Below, piece by piece: positions 24,573-38,954 of a stretch of DNA of 64,000 bases; positions within the stretch are counted from its first letter, which is position 1, and each line of letters begins with the position of its first letter. A model generated the notes under the pieces. That model was not told the origin of the DNA. It worked only from the letters and a program-made list of their open reading frames with translations, and searched no databases. A program made the translations under genes and the position numbers. The DNA comes from Octopus sinensis (lineage: Eukaryota): assembly GCF_006345805.1 (NCBI RefSeq), contig NC_042999.1, forward strand, positions 48,422,001-48,486,000. Direction: 5' to 3'.

Positions 24573-26454
24573 TATATATATCTATATATATAATACGTTG
24601 TATAATTTTCAATGGTAATTGCTTTTCATGTTGAGGTTGACTTATCCTCACTCAGTACTAGGGATGCTCAATAGCAATATCATGGCAATATCATTTGCTT
24701 GTCACATATTTCAAGAAATGCAATATTTAATGCGATGCAGTCGTGTGATTTGATGGAAAGTTGATTACTAACACGAGCAAATTTTGGGATGATACACGCC
24801 CTCTTCAATTCTCTGAGGTGTATCTTGCTAAGCGTTGTTATTTCTCACATCTGTGCTATATAAATAAAATTGCAATTGTAGTTCTTGAAAATCAAAAAGA
24901 CAATGATATTGAAATTTCATATCTGTAGCAATAAGCAGCCGAAAAGAAACCTTTTCCCCGTGAAAAGCAACGACCTTTAAAAATTTGCAGTTCTTATAGA
25001 AGTTTTTTTTCTTCTCTATTTATTATAATATAACAAACTTTTATTCATTTCAAAAATCGATGTCTGAATAACTGACAATGCCATGAGACTGAATTCTTGT
25101 GATAGAATCACTAATTTGGCACTTTGCATATATTAGAGAAGAATCAGTAAGATCTTATGTCTAAATCCTCTCATTTACAACGCATATGTAAACACTTTAT
25201 TAACGAAAATATACATCGAATAATATTATCGCTATAATTCAAGGTAATATGAAAATTAGTTAGCAAATCACTTGGGTAAAAACATTGATAACAAAATATT
25301 TAATTGATTCATATTACATATATCTATGTAAAAAATTAATTTGCTTTAATGAAATAGAATTCAACCTATGTTGTGAATTAGTTGAGTATATTGAAGTACA
25401 AGTAGATTTGAACTAACGCGAAACTGTAACAAATTAATACACTTATATTAATATGCTATTATTAGAGATTACAAGATGTTTTTAGTAACATGTTGTAGCT
25501 AAATATTGTATTTATAATAACAAAGAGACTATTCTGAATTACTTCACACAAAAAAGAAGAAAAAGTCGTTTATAAAAGGAACACACAAGATTGAATTCAC
25601 TTGGGATTTAAGGGAATTAAGATCATATATTTCTGGTAATAATATATTTGTCTTAGAAACAGGGTCACGCGGGGCCTGAATAATCAATAACATATGGAAG
25701 ATCTTTAACGCAGTTCACCTACAGCCTACTTCTATTGCACAAAACATGCGACATAACGACTGGTAATATCGATTTTATTGACTTGTCTAACATAAAGAAA
25801 CCTATTGACAGGTTAGAGTTATTGTCAATTAAATAAACACCAATATCCTATAGTAATAATTTATTCGACCAACAAAAAAGTGCAAGGCAAATGCGAATGT
25901 CGAACGTATTTAAATACTGAAAAAATAATGACATGCACGTGAAAATATTACAGAAACACGTTTGTGTAAAATGTTTGCTATGTTTGAAATTTTATCGACA
26001 TTCTTCTAAGTGATATCAGTCAGATTTCATGCGATAAAATTAAAAGAGCCATAAATTAAACATAATGAAATAAATACCAACCATGATTGAAGTTGAAATA
26101 TTGTACTATTGAAAAACCTTCTGAAGATTTTATGATTATATGACGTGAACGAAATGCAGTTTTATTTATGACACTATAGAAAACTTCAAAGAAAATATGT
26201 TAATACAAACATTTTGCTGATGATATCAAGAGTGATTTCTGTACACTCACTTCAATGTATGTCTAGTATTTATTTTGTCAACGTTGAATTAATGAAAGAC
26301 AACTGTGTCAGCAATAGAATTCAAGCATAGTATATAGAACGGATCGAAATATCATTAGAATTTTAACTTCTGACATTCCTTATGCTTAATAATTCCAGTT
26401 TCGTCTGGTATGGCACTGTGTTGTTATTGTTATTCTTAAAGCAGCAAAATGGTT

Positions 26455-26615
26455 GCACAGTTAGCAATCCGAGAAAAATGCCTACCGACGTTTCGCTCAC
26501 GTTTACATATTGAGTATCAATTCCACCGAGGCTGGCTTTACCTTTCATCATTTTAGGATCGATGAAAAACGTGCCAGTCAGGTACTGCTCTGGATGTAAT
26601 CAATTAGTCCCCGGC
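26455..26615 (+). mobile_element. SINE family 3, degenerate
   Basis: AATTCCACCGAGGCTGGCTTTACCTTTCATCATTTTAGGATCGAT resembles the family 3 body. Confidence 0.55.
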
Positions 26616-27614
26616 CCTTAACTAAAGTTCCAAACCATTAATATTTCGAGCTTCCAGAAGTTATGCAATGTTATTTGATTTTTTTTTCGAAATAAGTTAT
26701 TTGTATAATTTTGTCTGACATTCCATTAAACGACAATCTCAGAGCCAATGTGTGAAAATATCGAATTTAAGTGATGGCTTTAATGTAAACCTCCTCTCCA
26801 GTAACCGAAAATGTACCACAATAACGTTCGATTTAATGTCTAGATTCATAAAGACACCTAAACACACACAAGCGCGCACACACTAAGCTGTATAAAGAGG
26901 TTTAAGTGGAAATGATTTATCTGAGTATGACACCGAATATCGGAGATCATACTAAACTGAATTCAAATATCACCACTTTGCTTTCCATTTCTAGGTTCCA
27001 TAATTGACAAGAAAAACACATTAGAGAAATACAAGGACGATAACCACGACATCAACAACGCCAAGAACCAAAAACTGTACAGAAAAAAAAATAGAGAACA
27101 AAAACTGTGCTAGCAACAGCAAGGAGAGCAAAAGACATAAGTAGCACCAAAAAGATAGGCTGTGGCAAAACCAGTGACATGTCAAATAATGTAGGTCGCA
27201 TACACGGGAACATTAACACAATGGCAACAGACAAAGGAAACAGAAGCATAAACATCCACCCACAATGTAGAAATGACCAAATCGACAACGACAACAGTAA
27301 AAAAAGAAGAGGAACAGCAAATGAAAGAGGACAACGGCGAAGAAATTATATCGGAAGAATGTTGTGGGAAGCATGACGATAACAAGAATGCTTCCTGTTT
27401 GGGAGTAACCGCCAAGGGAGGAAGAACTGCGAAGGGTTAACTGGAGTAGATATAGATGCCTATGTAGGTAATGGTGAAGAAAGTTTATTAAATGTTGCTA
27501 GAATCAGAACAGGACTTAGGGGAACCAAAACCCACAGTGAAGTTAAAAATCAGAAACAGGAACCGAAAGCATCTGACATTAATAAGAACTATAGAAAAGA
27601 TAGCAAATTAGGAC

Positions 27615-28090
27615 CTAGCTTTGAATTACAGAGACTATGGAGCAAATATTCTGCTCAATACCACATATTTGTTTGTCAGTTGTTTGACCATACCCAGTTG
27701 AGCATGTCCCTTAGTGGCTGACGATACGTGCATCTCTGATCACGAGCAGAAGTAGTGGGGGAGCATCATAAACATGTGTTGAGAGGGATTCTTTGGGGTT
27801 TTAATAATTCCCCCCTGGAAACGTAGGTGTTTCGTTCAACATCCTTAAACAACTCTTATTCAGGGACGTTTTGAGCAGGATGGGTTACTCGACAAGAAGA
27901 AAATTCTAACTGGGCCCCACCTGCAAGGTCATGTGCTGTTTATCGTGATATGAGATCACCATGTTGCGCACATATGGTTGTGATGCATATGCCTAGTGTA
28001 CCCTTATCAGACGGGTAGTCATGATGGGTATACTGGGCTTCGTATATTTTATCCCAGTGTCACTCTGATGGCATGCACTGCTCTCTCACT
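27615..28090 (+). mobile_element. ~480-bp interspersed element followed by (AAT)n (28091-28241)
   Basis: Aligns with the reverse complement of 20295-20775. Confidence 0.8.
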
Positions 28091-28091
28091 C

Positions 28092-28155
<64 letters not shown>

Positions 28156-28243
28156 TTAATAATAATAATAATATAATAATAATAATAATAATAATACTAC
28201 TAATAATAATAATAATAATAATAATACTAACATTAATAATAAA

Positions 28244-28392
28244 CTCAAGATCAGATTTATTGACCCGGAACGATCATGCCAACGTGACGAAATATGGTGT
28301 AGACCCACAGTACCGATACTGCGGCGATGGGATTGAAACAGTGATCCACCTAATCTCTTGGAATAAGGTCTTAGCACCTGCAGAGTATAAAT
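28244..28392 (+). mobile_element. R4/Dong-like LINE fragment (C-terminal CCHC region)
   Basis: DLLTRNDHANVTKYGVDPQYRYCGDGIETVIHLISWNKVLAPAEYK resembles TRNYQA.I.K.G.DP.CR.C....ET..HLISGC..LA..EYK. Confidence 0.75.
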
Positions 28393-29795
28393 AATGTTCA
28401 CAATGTGTGGGAAATATGTCGGAACCGTAACTCACAAGAAGGACCTGAGACAGATAGCACTTTCCGCGGCAAACATGCAGTTCTAAGTTTGACAAGTTTT
28501 GCAATAAACCAGAACTGCTGGATATTTTTAAAGAATCCCTGATATATCTTCAGGCTGGACTGTTTTGAGCCCAATGATCATATGACCACAGGGTAACTTT
28601 GTTTTATCCCGCAGCTTCTACCTCTTGGTGAAATCAAATCTTAGGTCTCCATATTTGTCGACCTTTTCTTTTTCTTTCATGACAACATGTTGATCTCTAC
28701 GCACTATCGCGTCAATCATTGGGCTCTCGTGCTCGTCCGTCATAAAAGTTACTATATCCAGCCACTCTGAACTCTAATATCTTCTTTGTCTGAGAAGTCA
28801 ATATGTCAGTGGATTTTTTCCTTCCTCATTTCGTCAATTACATGTTTGGTGTATCCTTGTACCAAACGACCGTTTCCTCATATCCATACTCACGGATTAT
28901 CCAATGAAGGTTTATGTCTACCTAGTATTGTCTGCGTAGAGACACGTGACCTAGTGGGTAGAGCAGCGGACTCGCGCTCGAGGGATCGCGGGGTTCAAAT
29001 CTCAGACCGGGCGATGTGTGTGTTTATGAGCGAAACACCTAAGCCCCACACGGCTCCGGCAGGAGGTAATGGCGAACTTCTGCTGACTCTTTCTTCACAA
29101 CTTTCTCTCACTCTTTCCTCCTGCATCTAGCAGCTCACCTGCGACGGGCCGGCGTCCCGTCCAGGTGGGGAACCTATACGCCAAGGAAACCGGAAAACCA
29201 GCCCCTATGTGCCAGGCATGGCTGGGGAAGGAACAAACAACGCAACAACAGTAGTGTCTGCGCTTGTACACTTTCTATGCAAGACTCTCACAAGCGCTAA
29301 CGACGTGAGTTACGCTTTCAACCTACTTCCCACACGTTCTGCAAATGATCGTTTCAGTTGTCTGGTATATATACCTTTCTGCTGAGTTTTTATTTAATGC
29401 ATGGTATTGCACAGCGATGATGAGGCTGTCAGTCCTCTTTTTAAAGTCACCTTTTCTAAGCCACATCCATGATGCTTCCTGCTATTTTGAGGTGTTAGTT
29501 CACTGAGTAATTTCATGAGATGTAATATTTCTATCTGACAATTCGTGATCTCAATTTTTTAGAACTCTCAAATCCATTTTAGTACATTATCCTGTACTAG
29601 AAGTATGCCGTAACAGGTCTTCTTCGATCTTTTTCAAATACTCTGTAAAGTTTCTTCTTTCAAAAGAAGCGGGAAACGTTTGAAAAATGAAGCGATGACC
29701 TTTTCTTTAGTTTCGCTGTGTAAGATATTTTTCCTGCTCCATAATCCCAACGTAATTTTACCCACTATCGTCCGGGTCCCCTATTCTCTATTCGG
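28393..29795 (-). mobile_element. R4/Dong-like RLE LINE, 3' part (end of RT, CCHC, RLE, 3' UTR), interrupted by a SINE
   Basis: DSG*NYVGIME; SWMWLRKGDFKKRTDSLIIAVQ..CRTCGK*VESVTHVVSACESLA*KVYKRRH; LHWII..WYKDTP; DIVTF..IDA..D..V.MKEKEKVDKYGDL; RKVLSV. Confidence 0.85.
28937..29254 (+). mobile_element. tRNA-derived SINE (family 2 hybrid) nested in the R4-like LINE
   Basis: tRNA-like head with GGTTCAAATC, (AAC)-type tail, flanking direct repeat TGTCTGCG (28929-28936 and 29255-29262); the LINE reading frame resumes across it. Confidence 0.85.
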
Positions 29796-30072
29796 TTGGC
29801 AATTATATTACTCTTGTTATTGTTATTGTTGTTGTTGTTGCTGCTGTTGTTGCTGTGTTACTACTGTTGTTGCTGTTTTCGTTGTTGTTACTTCATATAA
29901 ACAGGAGATCACTAGCAGCTTCCCATTGTGTCTAACAAGCATTACTCTATTAAATATATCCGACTGAGTTGTCATCCGTTCTTTCCTGGTTCATGAATAC
30001 ATACGGGACGCTAACTGTATATGTAGACATGCTTTATTATGAGATACCTATCACTGCCATTAACATTGCCGG

Positions 30073-30199
30073 CAGCAGCGGAAGCAGCAATAGTAGCTGC
30101 AGCATCGGCAGCATCAGCAGCATCAGCAGCAGCAGCAGTAGTAGTAGTACTAGCAGTAGCAGCAGCAGCAGTAGTAGTAGTACTAGCAGTAGCAGCAGC

Positions 30200-30297
<98 letters not shown>

Positions 30298-30338
30298 CAG
30301 CAGCAGTAGCAGCAGTAGCAGCAGTAGCAGCAGCAGTG

Positions 30339-30406
<68 letters not shown>
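30073..30406. repeat. (AGC)n/(AGT)n microsatellite
   Basis: Seen directly; explains the poly-S/T/V ORFs. Confidence 0.97.
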
Positions 30407-32769
30407 TGGTGAGGTTCCTAAGAATTCAAGCGAAAATGATATTGAAAAGAAATAAAATAGTAGAGACAATGAGGTAATTGATGACTCGATACTATTAATT
30501 AAGTAATTAAAGCAATAAGGAGGAGACGAACTGTCTTAAATTTCGGCAGAACGCAAAAACAATTACATGGACATTCAAAGACAGCTATTAATCGGGAACT
30601 AAATAGATTGAGTTGTGGGTGTACTTTTGTAGGAAAGAAAATAAACCCATTCATTGATGCTAGTGAACGCTAGACTAATTTTATAATTTTACTGAATGTA
30701 AAATTGCTTTCATAAATCTTTATTTATACAGACATTTGAGAAATTGATTATACCGAAAGCTATTTCACCTCACATTCAACAACCATTAACTCATCTTACG
30801 TCTAAGTGGATAACAAATGAGTCTTAGATTTCAAAACTGCCATTGAAATGCTGTTGATTCTGAAGATTTGTTCTTATTCTTCTTACCTTAACTTAGTTAC
30901 TTTTACAGATAGAAGTTGGCTGTATGCCATTTCGTCACATCTGAAACTAGAATAAATGGGGTCAGTATGATACTATTGTATACCTTATAGAACGATATGT
31001 CAGTTTGAGTCTTTGGTTTCATTTGGTTGCATGTATTCTACGTCGTCTTAAGCTATAACTCTCGAATTATCCAACGTTGTAGCCATAAACATTCCGCATT
31101 CTCAGTCTTTATAGTGTTTATCATTCGTAGTGGAATGCATTTGCATAATGGCTGACAGCTATGCTTCATTAATTTCAGTTGTTATGAGCTGTTATACATC
31201 AATAATCGTTTACAACTGCTAATTACATCCGGATACCAAATCCACTAGAAAGGAGGAAGGAAAACTATTTTATTAACCTGGTATTAAGCTATCTGCTGGA
31301 TTGAGTTCTCTGACAAAGAGGTTGTGAATTTTCCACGTTTGTGAATGCGTGTACTAACGAAATACATCAATGTAGCAAATCCAAGAAAGTAAGAGAGGCC
31401 GTGGTTTGATGCGTTTTATACACATTACTAGTTATGGTTAATTGTTTGTGCACAGCTTCAAAACCAAAAGACCCATACTGAATATATTGGTGTTGAATTA
31501 AAGATATCTGCTATGGCTGTGGCTCTAAGAATCCCTCGAAAAATAATGATAAAGATAGTCAAATTACTTCGGGAATGTTTGTTTCTCGCCGGTTGAAGGA
31601 AAAAGTTGTGCAATGAAAGAATTACAGAGGGTTCCTATTTTGAGAGCAAGTACTGCACAGGTAGACAATCAATATGGTATAACGTGGGGCAATTTATAAC
31701 TGATGACAGAAAAATCGTGGGTTTCATGTCTCAGCGGTTCAGTCAATTGAGTTATTTGCAAAATATACCCCTGTCTCGTCGGAAGAAAAGTTAGAGAAGA
31801 TCAGATGTTAGAGTGCATGGATAAATTATTTCACAGCTATCAGATCGATAGTTTTATTTTCAAATATTCAAATGCCTCCCCGTGTTGAATATAAATACAC
31901 ATTTCATTATGCAACCCTTGAGGGTACAAACGCGATTTTTAGATTGATAGTGGGTTTTATTTCTTAAAATATATTTTGTCGAAGTTTGCTGTGGCTCAAG
32001 TACGATGCAATCGGCTGCTTTGAGGAAGCGTGACCACCAAGAAATATCCTCATAGATACTAAGTGTAGCATTTGTGTAAGGACATATAATTATTAGAAGA
32101 TTTAACATATAGTTAGTGAAGAAAATCTGTTGACTGTAACGTCAAAATCTGTAGTTGGTACTGTGCAAAACTTTGTAACGAGTGCTCAAATCTAATTGCC
32201 ACCCGTACGAAAAGTCTCTAAGCATATGCACGTGTGTGTGAGGATATATGTAGTCGTAACTCTGCGGTTATAGGCGCAGAATTATGATCTGCAATGAAAT
32301 GATTGAAGAAACTACCAGAATACAGGCATCTCACCGAGAGATGTTAAACCATGTAAAGTGAGTTACACTAAAATATATATATGGGAATAGGTGACTTGGA
32401 ACTTTCATAAACCATAACTGAAAATAATGTATACTAGGAGGTTTCAATTTAACTGGAACGCAATATACTAAAACATCTTCCTGTGGACAGGTAAACGTTT
32501 ATATTACATTTTAGGTTGATAATACTTTGGTCTAAAACGATGTTCCTGAATTTAGTTTCATTGTGCCAGGTTTCAGTTATGTATTTGACAAATTAATAAT
32601 TCGAAATAGACTGAATTCTCTGCATGAAAGGGAAATTAATACATTTTACGCTTTCATATACAGAAAATACCAGATTCGGTCAGAAAATTGAGTATCTAGA
32701 TTCCGATGTATATAGATAAAGGAGTTTGTTTAACTGAAATAATACAATAGATATGTATAGAAATAACCA

Positions 32770-33400
32770 GGAACTGATAATCATAGGAGAATATACTTAA
32801 AAAAACATTAAAAAATGCATCCGAACTAAGGACAGATAATTGGTGATGGTAATCAACTTGAAAACATGTAATATAACTAGTTTTAATACTATCAAGATAT
32901 GATTTATATCTACATTGGATAATGTGTCGGCATTATAAAATCAAATCTGCTGACAATTGGTGCAAGCACTACCATGTGTTTGTAACTGTGGGAGAAGATA
33001 TAACGATTCTTTGGGACTTTCCAGTATGTACACACCGGACAATTAAAACAAATAAACCAAATATTGTTGTGAAAGACCAAAACAATAAAGTCTGATTATT
33101 GATGAGCATTCCCAGTGACGATAATATCTCAACAAAACAAGTTGATGGGTTCAGAAAATATATAGATTTGCTAATCGAAATAGAAAGATGTGGCATCTCA
33201 AGACCAATGATTGTAGGAAAACTTGGAAGGATCAAAAAGGGAACATAAAAATTATTTAAGAATGATCCCTGGCTCAGCATCCATGCAGAAGGTGCAAACG
33301 ATTGTCTTAACTGGAAAGTCACACGTACTGAGAAGAGCATTGTCGCTGTGAATTTCTTCATATTTCCCTTTTATTCTCTTTGTTAACCTTTGTCATTTTT
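32770..33400 (+). mobile_element. R4/Dong-like RLE LINE 3' fragment
   Basis: YLHWIMCRHYKI..WCKH..EDITILWDFPVCTHRTIKTNKPNIVVKD..KYIDLLIEIE..MWHLKT..QTIVLTGKSHVLRRALSL*. Confidence 0.85.
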
Positions 33401-33547
33401 CAACTTCTCTTTTTCTCTCTATCTTTCTTCCCCCTTTTGTTTATCACATGACTTTGTAAATTAACAATCTGATGTCTTTATTTTAATGGCCTGCCAAATA
33501 TATACAGTGCGTCTCTCTACCTCAGGTTTCAGGAAGACACTCGGCAA

Positions 33548-33683
33548 GTGTTCCACTGATATTTAATTTATCGACCTCGAAAAGATGAAAGGTAAAGTCA
33601 ACCTCGGCGGAATTTGAACTCAGAACCTAGCGGAAGACTAAAAGCTGCGAAGCATTTCGCCCGGCTTCCTAAAGATCTTGCAG
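33548..33683 (-). mobile_element. SINE family 3
   Basis: TTTATCGACCTCGAAAAGATGAAAGGTAAAGTCAACCTCGGCGGAATTTGAACTCAGAAC..AAGCATTTCGCCCGGC. Confidence 0.85.
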
Positions 33684-34754
33684 AAGAAGAAGAAGAAGAG
33701 CATGGCATTCAGCAAGAAAGTGTTGTACAGTGTCTTACGATAATCTGATAGCAAGGAATGAAGGCCCTATAGAGAAGATTGTTATATATAACATGATACT
33801 TTTCACAAAACAAAGCTACGTGCCTTGTTTGACCATTGAATTACACTATTAAAAGCTAACTCAAATCTATGACTTAAGAGGCAATCAAGAATCTTGTGGT
33901 TGATTAGACTATATTTTTACTAAACGTTACTCGTTCTAAAAACATAAAACTGTTCTAAAAACATAAAACTGATAAAAAAAGTCTTCCAATGACCTTAAGA
34001 CATATTATATTTGCACGTAATTGCAATCTTCAATTAATATAACTACTTCCAAGTCGGAAAAACAATATTGCTGTAGCAGCTGTTATTTATACACGCTTAT
34101 AGGTGTATTAAAATCAATTGCTTTCAAGGCGAATCACACAATCCAAGAATAATACGTTTCTCGCAAGCGAAATTTCTTGAACAAAACCTTTTATTCTGAA
34201 AACATCCGAAGATAGAGACACTGCGTTTTATATCAATAGCAGGTACCAATACTAGGAACGATACAGTTTAGGAATAAAAAAAAATTATTTCATGCATACG
34301 TCTGAAAGAAATTCGATATGCTGTTATATTAATATCCTTCAGGAAGTTGAGAGCGCATATCTTATTTCTAATTTGGTACACTCGCTAGAAATCTGCTGCT
34401 AATAAAAACAGGTTAACGTATATAGAAATTTTTATATTTTCTTCAAACAACTTGATGCCCTTACTGATAAAATTTCAATTATCTAAATAACTCTTTTTCA
34501 CTCACACTGAACATATTTGCATTTTTCAGGCATTGCATATATACATACATAGGTTCATACTTACATGCATACATACATTCGTGCAGGTATATTTCTATTT
34601 ATGAATGCACACACACACACATATATGTACACCCTCATGTACATTTATAGAATATACGTACGTGGATACACGAAGGTATAAAGTTATATACATCTCTCTT
34701 TGTCTCTCTTTCTCTGTCTCTCTCTCTCTGTATATATATATAGATATATATATG

Positions 34755-34796
<42 letters not shown>

Positions 34797-34920
34797 TAGA
34801 GATACATATATAAATGTGCGTGTGTATGTTTGTGTGATAAACATAGTTATACAATTTTCTCGTATTTATTGACGACAGAAATTAGTCTAACATTGATTTC
34901 AAATTGTAACATGACATCAA

Positions 34921-35093
34921 CAATTTTGGAGGAGTGGGAAGTTCATTACAGTGACGCTGGTACTTATTTATCGACCCCGATAGGGTAAAATGCAAAGTTG
35001 ACCTCTGCGGCTATTGAACTCAGAACGTAAACAGACGAAATTCCACTAAGCATTTTGTCCCCTGTGCAAACGATTCTACCAACTCGCCTCCTT
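34921..35093 (-). mobile_element. SINE family 3
   Basis: CTGGTACTTATTTATCGACCCCGA..GCAAAGTTGACCTCTGCGG..GAACTCAGAACGTAA..CTAAGCATTTTGTCC. Confidence 0.8.
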
Positions 35094-35568
35094 TAAGTAT
35101 GAATAGTCTATTATTTTGGCGTATAAAATCCACGTAGGAAACAAAAATACAATAACACACATGGGAGTAGAACCCACAAATGTTATGTGCGTAATATGTG
35201 TATGAAAGGATTACACCGACATCCCAAACGGTTTCTTTATTAAATTTAAGAACTAGGATTACATAACGGACTGTAAACGTGGATATATTCTACATAAGTT
35301 AAGAAACCGAAATGAGTGAAATTTTGGAAATATAAGTATATATTGACCATCAAAAGTCGTGTAATTTTGGGGGTATATAAATCAACGACAGAAAATATCA
35401 CGAAAATATGATGGGTGGGTTCGATTCCCACACGACCTAATACGCATCTTTTTAGTTCGTGGGTTTATATGGGTCAATATTACACTATATTCTATTGTGA
35501 AAATCTACTGTGAAAGCATATACGTAGATTTAGAAAACAAATCTCGTCTCCGTTTTTTAATTCATCCA

Positions 35569-35645
<77 letters not shown>

Positions 35646-36852
35646 ATATTGGTTTTCACGCCATTTTGTAAACAGCTTCATTTCCAGTCACTCATTTGCC
35701 CACTCAACTAAAAGTGAGTTCCAAAATATGCTGTTTGCAACAGACAGGCCGCTCTTCGCTGATTAGGAGCCTTCAATTGTACGGGAGTAAGATCCTCATT
35801 CCAATTGTGCCAGCTATAAAATTCCTTTCATAGTAGAACAGTATATTCGTGGCACCAATACATATCTATATATGCACATTCGTTTGTATCCAAATATTCT
35901 TGTAGTATATTTGAAGATTTTTTCGTGGCAGTTACAGTTTACTATCCTTTAATTTTGCTGCAATTGTTTTAATATTTGGTGTTGTTACGGACTTTTATAT
36001 GATACTCATGGAAATGAAATTCAGTTTTGCTGTAAGTTAATAGCTTTCAAATTTGCAAATTTTGGATAATTTTAGCCAATTGAAAACCCCATAGACATTG
36101 CTGCATGTTTCCCAATGCCACGCTGGTGTCTGCTTAATGCATGTTTCCTGTCACTAAATCATTTTCATAATTTTCCTAGACCTTCTCAACCTATATAGAA
36201 GCATAACCCCAACTTATTCGTGTAACCTTTCGTCTATTATGGAGAAATTAAAAAGTGGGTTTCTTACGTGCAACTGAAGAGTGCTATCTATTTACAAATA
36301 GACACTATATGAAGAAGAAAATGCTACGTGGGAAATTTTTACTGGGTATGCTCCCGAACACGATGCAAAGAATGTGTGTCTTCAGTAAAGATATATAACT
36401 GGAAGGTGATACCCATTCTCTTACGACTGTATTATTTTTAATTTACACGTGGGTCAAGGAATTGATTTCAGTCTGTTTTTTTGTTTCTTTTTTTTTTGTT
36501 TGAAGAGCTGGGGATGAGCCACTACGCAGCTGCTTAATTGTACACGTACGCGCCTGGCTATATCCATGCTTTTTCATGTGCTCTTAACAGTGCATACCAA
36601 ATTATTTCTTTATACTCAATGGAAAATACGAACACCCATTCGTTAGTAAAATATTTATGCATGGATAATGCAGTGTCTAATGGTAATTTTTGTCCACTTT
36701 TGTGAGGTTATATTTTGACTTTTTACCAGCATAATGTCCTTTGCCACGATTTGCTTAATGTGATTAGACAATCATTTATACACAGTGTTCTCTTCTGTAT
36801 CGTCTAACATTTTATTCTTTTAATGTCTAGCCGAGATTTACTATAGCTAGTG

Positions 36853-36867
36853 CTGTTGTTGTTGTTG

Positions 36868-36904
<37 letters not shown>

Positions 36905-36947
36905 GATTATTATTATTATTATTATTATTATAATAATAATAATAATG

Positions 36948-37023
<76 letters not shown>

Positions 37024-37052
37024 TAAAACTACTGAATAATAATAATAATAAT
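36853..37052. repeat. (GTT)n-(ATT)n-(AAT)n microsatellite with polarity switch
   Basis: Seen directly; switch at about 36930. Confidence 0.95.
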
Positions 37053-38111
37053 GCTTTAAAACTCTTGTACCATTCAATATTTAAATGGTTCACTTTATTA
37101 TTTATTACTATTGCGATTATTGAAAATAGTTTCCTCATATTTTCACAGACTTTATTTTTAACATCCTGCTACATAATGGCAATTTAAAACCGTTAATGCC
37201 TTCGAGACAAATGGGATAATATAAACTCCCATAAATAATTATCGTCTTTTATCGACACCATAAGTTAATAGTGAAATACGAGTTTATTTTGTGTGAACTC
37301 AGAAGTGATCATTCGGTAGTCTTCAATAAGGAAAAGATAGTAAAAATATTTTTATGCATATTGTCAATGCTTTGGGGAGGATATAAGTAAAGTGACTGAA
37401 ATCGTTTAAACGTTATTATCGATTGAACTGATCAAAACTTTATTTTATTATCTAGCGAATGATCAAAGGCGAGTTCGATATTTGCGGTGTTTGACAAAAG
37501 ATGCTTAAAACTAAATACCCGAATACATTTTAATTTCACAATAATTTATCGGCTATCTCAACTATAATATTCCACTAGACCACAGCCTGTGCAAAATGCA
37601 ATTCATCATGATCGTTTTGCTCTAAGGTTAAATGACACATCTCCTTCTGCCCAGGAAATTATATGCGATTCTACATAATTGTTCGCGCTAGAAAACGTAG
37701 GCGTCATGTTTAGAGCCTTAAGAATAGAAATATTTGATAATGACGTCAGCGATAATTTTTTCTTACAAACATTATATCAAGACTGACAACTATGCAGTTC
37801 AGACTTTTGGCCATTATTCACTCATGCCAGTTCTCAGCAGCAAAAATAAATGCAACGAAATATTCTATAGCAGTTGCTGAAAATAGAATGTTTTACTTTG
37901 TACCCATAATGCACTTAACAAACTATGGCAAACTTGATCCACAGTTTAAAACTGGTATTCCTATGGCAAGATTGTTTTCTAGGGAAAAAAATCAGTGAAA
38001 GGCGTAGGTCTGATCATAAAGTATGCATTGCAAGATCACTGTGTAGCTCGTTAACTCTCGCTCGATTTCTCTCTCTCTCTCTCTCTTTCTTTCTCTTTCC
38101 CCTCTCTCTCG

Positions 38112-38171
<60 letters not shown>

Positions 38172-38426
38172 CAAATATATATATATATATATAGCAAATA
38201 AATTATCTTTATTGCTGAAAAGAAAGAAACTGCAGTCTGAGAATAACCGAGTTAGTAAACGTTTTTATCTTCCTTTCACTAAATTTATCCAGCTTCTGTG
38301 TTCCTAGCACATATTTCGCCTTAATGTACTGATATATGGAAAATATATGGCTTGTGTTAGAAATACCAGCGATTATAATTATTTTTATTTTATCGCAATT
38401 TGATTTGTTTATATATATATATATAT

Positions 38427-38477
<51 letters not shown>

Positions 38478-38479
<2 letters not shown>

Positions 38480-38604
38480 CGCAATTAAACCACAGGCGTA
38501 ATGTTGGTGATATCTGGGGCAAATATCTTCTAATATATCCCCCTGCTGAGCGAAGCCTTTTGAGTGGGTCTAGTAGACGAAAACTGAAAGAAGACCATGG
38601 TATG

Positions 38605-38605
<1 letters not shown>
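38478..38605 (+). mobile_element. SINE family 1, 5' half (3' remnant at ~39845-39925)
   Basis: TGGGGCAAATATCTTCTA..GAGTGGGTCTAGTAGACGAAAACTGAAAGAAGACC; the 3' body TGACAACGGGTGTTGCTGTATTTA resumes after a 1.12-kb insertion. Confidence 0.65.
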
Positions 38606-38656
<51 letters not shown>

Positions 38657-38683
38657 ACAGCAAAATATTTTATATCTTGGACT

Positions 38684-38745
38684 TAGAGTTATCCAAGGCT
38701 TCGTATCCACAAAGCCAAAGCCTTGTAACAGCTCGTCAGACTCTA
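38684..38745 (-). ncRNA. Decayed type I hammerhead motif in the left inverted repeat
   Basis: UAGAGU/ACUCUA stem I, intact CUGACGA, internal ACAAGGC/GCUUUGU helix, GAAG instead of GAAA. Confidence 0.5.
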
Positions 38746-38954
38746 TATAAAGTCAAAAATTTCTACATAAAGGGAGTAGGTAGGTTGCTCTTTCAGGATA
38801 TATAATAACTGTCCAATAGAAGGCCAATGCGCATTTCCAGGGGTCATTTATGAGGCTACTATGATACATAGACCTGCTATCCACATTAAGAATAATTATC
38901 AAATTAACTATATCTCATGCCAGTACAATTGCCACGCCCAGCGATATTAACCAG

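Noticed and set aside
25601-25675. 75-nt open segment APRDPVSKTNILLPEIYDLNSLKSQ between AG and GT (minus)
   Set aside because: Moderate splice signals and no recognisable homology; needs RNA-seq
28244-33400. Idea that 28244-28392 and 32770-33400 are one R4 element split by 4.4 kb
   Set aside because: The downstream fragment has its own degenerate CCHC region, so they overlap and are independent copies
35161-35431. ~20-bp imperfect inverted repeat with a B-box-like GGTTCGATTCCC
   Set aside because: No clear TSD or boundaries; MITE versus SINE fragment cannot be resolved
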